Of a stretch of DNA of 64,000 bases, positions 60,549 to 64,000 are shown in pieces; positions within the stretch are counted from its first letter, which is position 1, and every line of letters begins with the position of its first letter. The notes beneath the pieces were generated by a model, which saw only the letters and a program-made list of their open reading frames with translations, had not been told where the DNA came from and ran no database searches. A program made the position numbers and the translations under genes. The stretch is from Holophagales bacterium (GTDB lineage: Bacteria; Acidobacteriota; Thermoanaerobaculia; Multivoradales; UBA5704), in the NCBI GenBank assembly GCA_031390755.1, contig JANMTS010000168.1, positions 18,253-82,252 of the forward strand, given 5' to 3'.

Positions 60549-63500
60549 ATGCGATGGAACCGCTTTTCGACGGTCAGGCTCCTGCTGTGTCTGATGATGC
60601 TCTCCGCCGGCTCCGCGTGGGGTCGGGAAGAACGCGGTTTCCTGCTGGAAACGCAGGACGGCTCCCTCATCGAAGCGCCCGTGCTCGGCGCCACGGTGGA
60701 GGTGCGGGTCACCGGCATCGTGGCGCGCGCCCGGGTGACCCAGATCTTCAGGAATCCCGGCAAGGAATGGCTGAACGGCGTCTATCTCTTCCCGCTGCCG
60801 GAAGGCGCGGCCGTGGACACGCTGCATCTCACGGTCGGCGGCCGGCGGATGGTGGGAATCGTCCAGACGAAGGAAGAGGCCCGGGAGACCGTGAAGGCCG
60901 CCGAGCAGGAAGGGCGGAAGGCCTCGCTGCTGGAGCAGGTCCGGCCGGGCCTCTACACCACCACGGTGGCGAACGTCGGCCCGGGTGAGACGGTCGAGGT
61001 CGAGATCGAGCTGCAACAGGCCGTGCAGTGGGAGCAGGGACGGTTCGTGCTCCGCTTCCCCATGCTGGCGCAGCCGCGATCCGCGGTACAGACAGGGACG
61101 GACGAAGAGAAGATCCCTCGGCCTCCGGTGGTTTCCCGTGGACGGCCGATCAACCCGTTCGCGTTCCATGTCGACCTGGCTCCCGGCTTTCCGCTCCGGC
61201 AGGTGGCGAGCACGACCCACAAGGTGACCGTGGTGCAGGACCGGGCGCAGGACCAAGCGCGGGAACGCTGGGCCGTGGACCTCGCCGACGGCGTGGCGCC
61301 GGCCGACGGCGACTTCGTCCTCGAATGGACGCCCGCCGTGGGCCGCGAGCCGCGCGCCGTCTACTTCGCCGAGGAGGTGGACGGCGAGCGCTACTCCCTT
61401 CTCCTGATGATGCCTCCCGACGACGGCTCGGCCGTGGCGGACCGGCTGCCGCGCGAGACCGTGTTCGTGATCGACACCTCGGGCTCGATGGAAGGGCAGG
61501 CGCTCGAGCAGGCGAAGGCGGCGCTCCAGCAGGGGGTCGCCCGGCTTCAGCCTGGCGACTGGTTCAACGTGATGCGGTTCAGCACCACGGCCTCGGCGCT
61601 GTTCCCAGAGAGCGTTCCGGTCGGCCCGGAGACGCTGGCCGCAGCGCGGACGTACATCGCGTCGCTCAAGGTGGACGGCGGCACGAACATGCTCGACGGT
61701 CTGAAGCTGGCCCTGAAGGGCGGCCGGCCCGAGCTCGTGCAGCAGGTGGTCTTCGCGACCGACGGCGAGGTGTCGAACGAGGCGGAGATCCTGGGCAGCC
61801 TCAGGCGCCTCCTCGGCAGCCACCGACTGTTCACCGTGGCGATCGGCTCGGCGCCCCACATCGATTTCCTGCGGCGCGCCGCAGAGACGGGACGCGGCTC
61901 GCTCACCCGGATCGCCAGCCTCGACCAGGTCGCGGCGGGCATGGCCGAGCTGTTCTCGCGGCTCGAATCGCCGATGCTCCGGGATCTCGACGTCCGGTGG
62001 TCCGATCCGGCGGCCGAGGCGTTCCCCGCGCGAGCTCCGGACCTCTACCTCGGCGAGCCGGTGCAGGTCTCCGCCCGTTCGAGCTCCCGTTCGGGCGAGC
62101 CCGGGGCCGTCGAGGTCTCCGGTCTGCGCAACGGCGCCTCCTGGCAGGACGAGCTACCCGCTCCCGCGATGGTGAAGGGTGCCGGGCTCGACAAGCTCTG
62201 GGCTGCCAGGAAGATTCAAGCCCTGACGGACTCCCTCGACGACCCGGAAGCCCCCGCCGATCCCGACGAAGTGAGGCGCGAGGTGATCGAGCTGGGCCTG
62301 CGCCATCACCTCGTCACCGAATGGACCAGCCTGGTGGCCGTGGATGTGGAGGTGACGGTTCCGGCCGGCATCGATCCGAAGCGCGTCCTTCTGCCCCTCA
62401 ACTCGCCGCAGGACTTCGACTCCGGCATCAAACAATGGATCACGGTGACGGCGGAGAACCCGATCCTCGACAGCCGCCGGATCTCTACCGGCTCAACCGT
62501 GTCGCAGACCGAGCTTCAGAAGATCCCCTCGGCGCGCGATCCGTGGGCCATCCTCCGCTCCACGCCCGGCGTCCTGACGGACCGCGTGAACGTGGGCGGT
62601 AACGAGAGCGGCCAGCGGTCGGCCTTCGTCTCGTGTGGAGCCTCACCGAACCAGAGCTCCTTCGTGGTCGACGGCGTGATCCTCACCGAGGCCGCGCTGG
62701 GCGGCGCCCCGAGCTACTTCGACTTCGACGCCTTCGAAGAGATGCAGGTGGATACCGGCGGGGCCGACGTGACGCTGGAGACCGCGGGGGCACGGCTGAC
62801 GATGCTGAGGCCGCGGGGCAACAACCAGTGGCGGGGCTCGGCGAGCAGCGAATTCGCGGACGGAGGCGGGACGGGTGACGGCGGTGACGGCGGCGGTGCC
62901 CGCGATGGCCGCCTCGACAGCCTCCTCACCGTCGACGCCGAGGCGGGCGGCCCGGTCGTCCTCGATCGCATCTGGGTCTGGGGGGAGGCCGGGAACGACG
63001 AGATCGACCGCATCGCGCTCGGCGGCCAGCTCGAAGAGCGCCAGCGGACGAGCGGCAGCCTGCGCATCGACGCCCAGCTCCTGCCGACGATCTCGGCCAG
63101 CCTGACCGCGAGCGGCGGCGACGCCGACGGGTCGGGGATCGGGGCCGGTCCCGGCCGCTCCGCCAGCACGACCTGGGACGAGACCGGCCGCGAACGCCTC
63201 GGCTCGATCGACGTCACCGGCATCCTCACCCCGGGCTTCTACGTCACTCTCGCCGCAGGCGGGAGCGAGCGGGAGCTTCGGGATGTCCCCTACGGGGTCG
63301 GCGACGCGGTTCTCGGAACCGACGGCGTCGCCCGCGGCGGCTGGTTCGGCTTCGGCGAGGAGGAGCGGACCCGGGAAGCCCGGCTCGCGTCCTCCCTCTT
63401 CTTCAACTCGGGCCGTGTCTCGCACGAGCTGGTGCTCGGCTCGGGCTGGCGGGAGCAGGCCGAGGTCCGCACGCTCGACGCGCCGGACCGGGTGCGGATC

Positions 63501-64000
63501 GCCGCGGGGAACCTGGGGCTGAACGGCGCGGAGCCCCAGGAGAGGCCAACAATCACCGAGGTCTGGCTCGGAAGCCGGTCCGACGTCCGGACCGCCACCT
63601 CCAGCGCCTGGGCCCAGGACACCTTCACGCTCGGCGACGTCACGGCGGTGGTGGGAGCACGCCTGGACCGGCAGGATCTGGGAATCGCCACGGACGGAGC
63701 CCCTTCGAAGCCCTGGACGCTCGTGCCCCGCTTCGGGCTCAACTGGTCTCCCGGCGGCAGCGGAGAGAGCGCCGTCAAAGCCTCGCTCGGCCGTTTCGCC
63801 TCCCGCCTCGGCTCCCGGGCCGCCCTGCACGCGGACCCGGCCTCCCCTACCCTGATCCGCTTCCTCGACGAGGGGGATCTGCCCTGGACGTGGGAAGGGA
63901 TCGACCCGTTCCGTCCGGGCGACCCGGACAGGGTGGATCCGCGGCTGCGGCCGGAGATCACGGACGAGGCCGTGCTCGGCGGCGAGCGCGCATTCCGTCC
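60549..64000 (+). CDS. VIT - vWA - TonB-dependent-receptor-like outer-membrane fusion protein (3-prime partial)
   Basis: Own translation; the frame is absent from the ORF track because no stop occurs before the window end. Signal MRWNRFSTVRLLLCLMMLSAGSAWG. VIT-like LGATVEVRVTGIVARARVTQIFRNP..LNGVYLFPLPEGAAV. vWA MIDAS VFVIDTSGSM. From 62439, ITVTAENPILDSRRISTGSTVSQTELQKIPSARDPWAILRSTPGV..NVGGNESGQ..FVVDGV..YFDFDAFEEMQVDTGG, typical of acidobacterial-type TonB-dependent receptor plug/barrel starts. Confidence 0.75.
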   Translation, partial: MRWNRFSTVRLLLCLMMLSAGSAWGREERGFLLETQDGSLIEAPVLGATVEVRVTGIVARARVTQIFRNPGKEWLNGVYLFPLPEGAAVDTLHLTVGGRRMVGIVQTKEEARETVKAAEQEGRKASLLEQVRPGLYTTTVANVGPGETVEVEIELQQAVQWEQGRFVLRFPMLAQPRSAVQTGTDEEKIPRPPVVSRGRPINPFAFHVDLAPGFPLRQVASTTHKVTVVQDRAQDQARERWAVDLADGVAPADGDFVLEWTPAVGREPRAVYFAEEVDGERYSLLLMMPPDDGSAVADRLPRETVFVIDTSGSMEGQALEQAKAALQQGVARLQPGDWFNVMRFSTTASALFPESVPVGPETLAAARTYIASLKVDGGTNMLDGLKLALKGGRPELVQQVVFATDGEVSNEAEILGSLRRLLGSHRLFTVAIGSAPHIDFLRRAAETGRGSLTRIASLDQVAAGMAELFSRLESPMLRDLDVRWSDPAAEAFPARAPDLYLGEPVQVSARSSSRSGEPGAVEVSGLRNGASWQDELPAPAMVKGAGLDKLWAARKIQALTDSLDDPEAPADPDEVRREVIELGLRHHLVTEWTSLVAVDVEVTVPAGIDPKRVLLPLNSPQDFDSGIKQWITVTAENPILDSRRISTGSTVSQTELQKIPSARDPWAILRSTPGVLTDRVNVGGNESGQRSAFVSCGASPNQSSFVVDGVILTEAALGGAPSYFDFDAFEEMQVDTGGADVTLETAGARLTMLRPRGNNQWRGSASSEFADGGGTGDGGDGGGARDGRLDSLLTVDAEAGGPVVLDRIWVWGEAGNDEIDRIALGGQLEERQRTSGSLRIDAQLLPTISASLTASGGDADGSGIGAGPGRSASTTWDETGRERLGSIDVTGILTPGFYVTLAAGGSERELRDVPYGVGDAVLGTDGVARGGWFGFGEEERTREARLASSLFFNSGRVSHELVLGSGWREQAEVRTLDAPDRVRIAAGNLGLNGAEPQERPTITEVWLGSRSDVRTATSSAWAQDTFTLGDVTAVVGARLDRQDLGIATDGAPSKPWTLVPRFGLNWSPGGSGESAVKASLGRFASRLGSRAALHADPASPTLIRFLDEGDLPWTWEGIDPFRPGDPDRVDPRLRPEITDEAVLGGERAFR

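Noticed and set aside
61028-62602. 524-aa plus-strand ORF (and minus-strand 60534..61859, 62643..63830)
   Set aside because: These have an Arg-rich shadow composition. The third plus frame (from ATG 60549) encodes clear VIT, vWA and receptor motifs and stays open to the window end.
1-64000. tRNA, rRNA or tmRNA genes
   Set aside because: The intergenic gaps (1879-1986, 7914-8072, 8853-9034, 15460-15716, 16392-16737, 21008-21114, 38407-38532, 50312-50638, 60229-60548) were read by eye. None shows a cloverleaf-compatible arrangement or rRNA-like sequence. This is not an exhaustive covariance search.

Overview
GC-rich bacterial chromosomal segment. I saw no rRNA, tRNA or CRISPR. About 45 credible protein-coding genes or gene remnants lie among many long Arg/Pro-rich antisense shadow ORFs typical of high G+C DNA. 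Ordinary genes (MltA, S9 and CocE/NonD peptidases, PanE-like reductase, SDR, phospholipase D, aminotransferase, sulfatase, 8-haem cytochrome, matrixin) are interleaved with signalling modules: an FHA-like sigma-54 activator plus Ser/Thr kinase, an ECF sigma plus kinase, and a CHAT/TPR protein plus ECF/anti-sigma. There are also visibly lower-GC islets that look accessory. Headline: two tightly linked paralogous ~1,725-aa STAND genes (39939-50311, minus strand). Each has the order divergent metallophosphoesterase, Mrr-like module, NACHT-type P-loop NTPase, pentapeptide-repeat solenoid, 14 WD40 blades. They abut a decayed Septu-like ATPase/HNH locus. This is my best candidate for an uncharacterised conflict/defence system. 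Other notable signals: a ~220-bp sigma-54 promoter/UAS/leader cassette present twice, driving an Ntn hydrolase and a stefin (cystatin)-like protein; four sigma-54-type promoters in total; a DUF5131+TcmP pair; two helically phased iteron-like arrays; a nested palindromic MITE-like element; a dispersed 14-nt intergenic motif; an ECF sigma gene interrupted by TAG; and a VIT-vWA-TonB-receptor-like fusion running off the right edge. All family assignments come from motif recognition by eye, not from searches.
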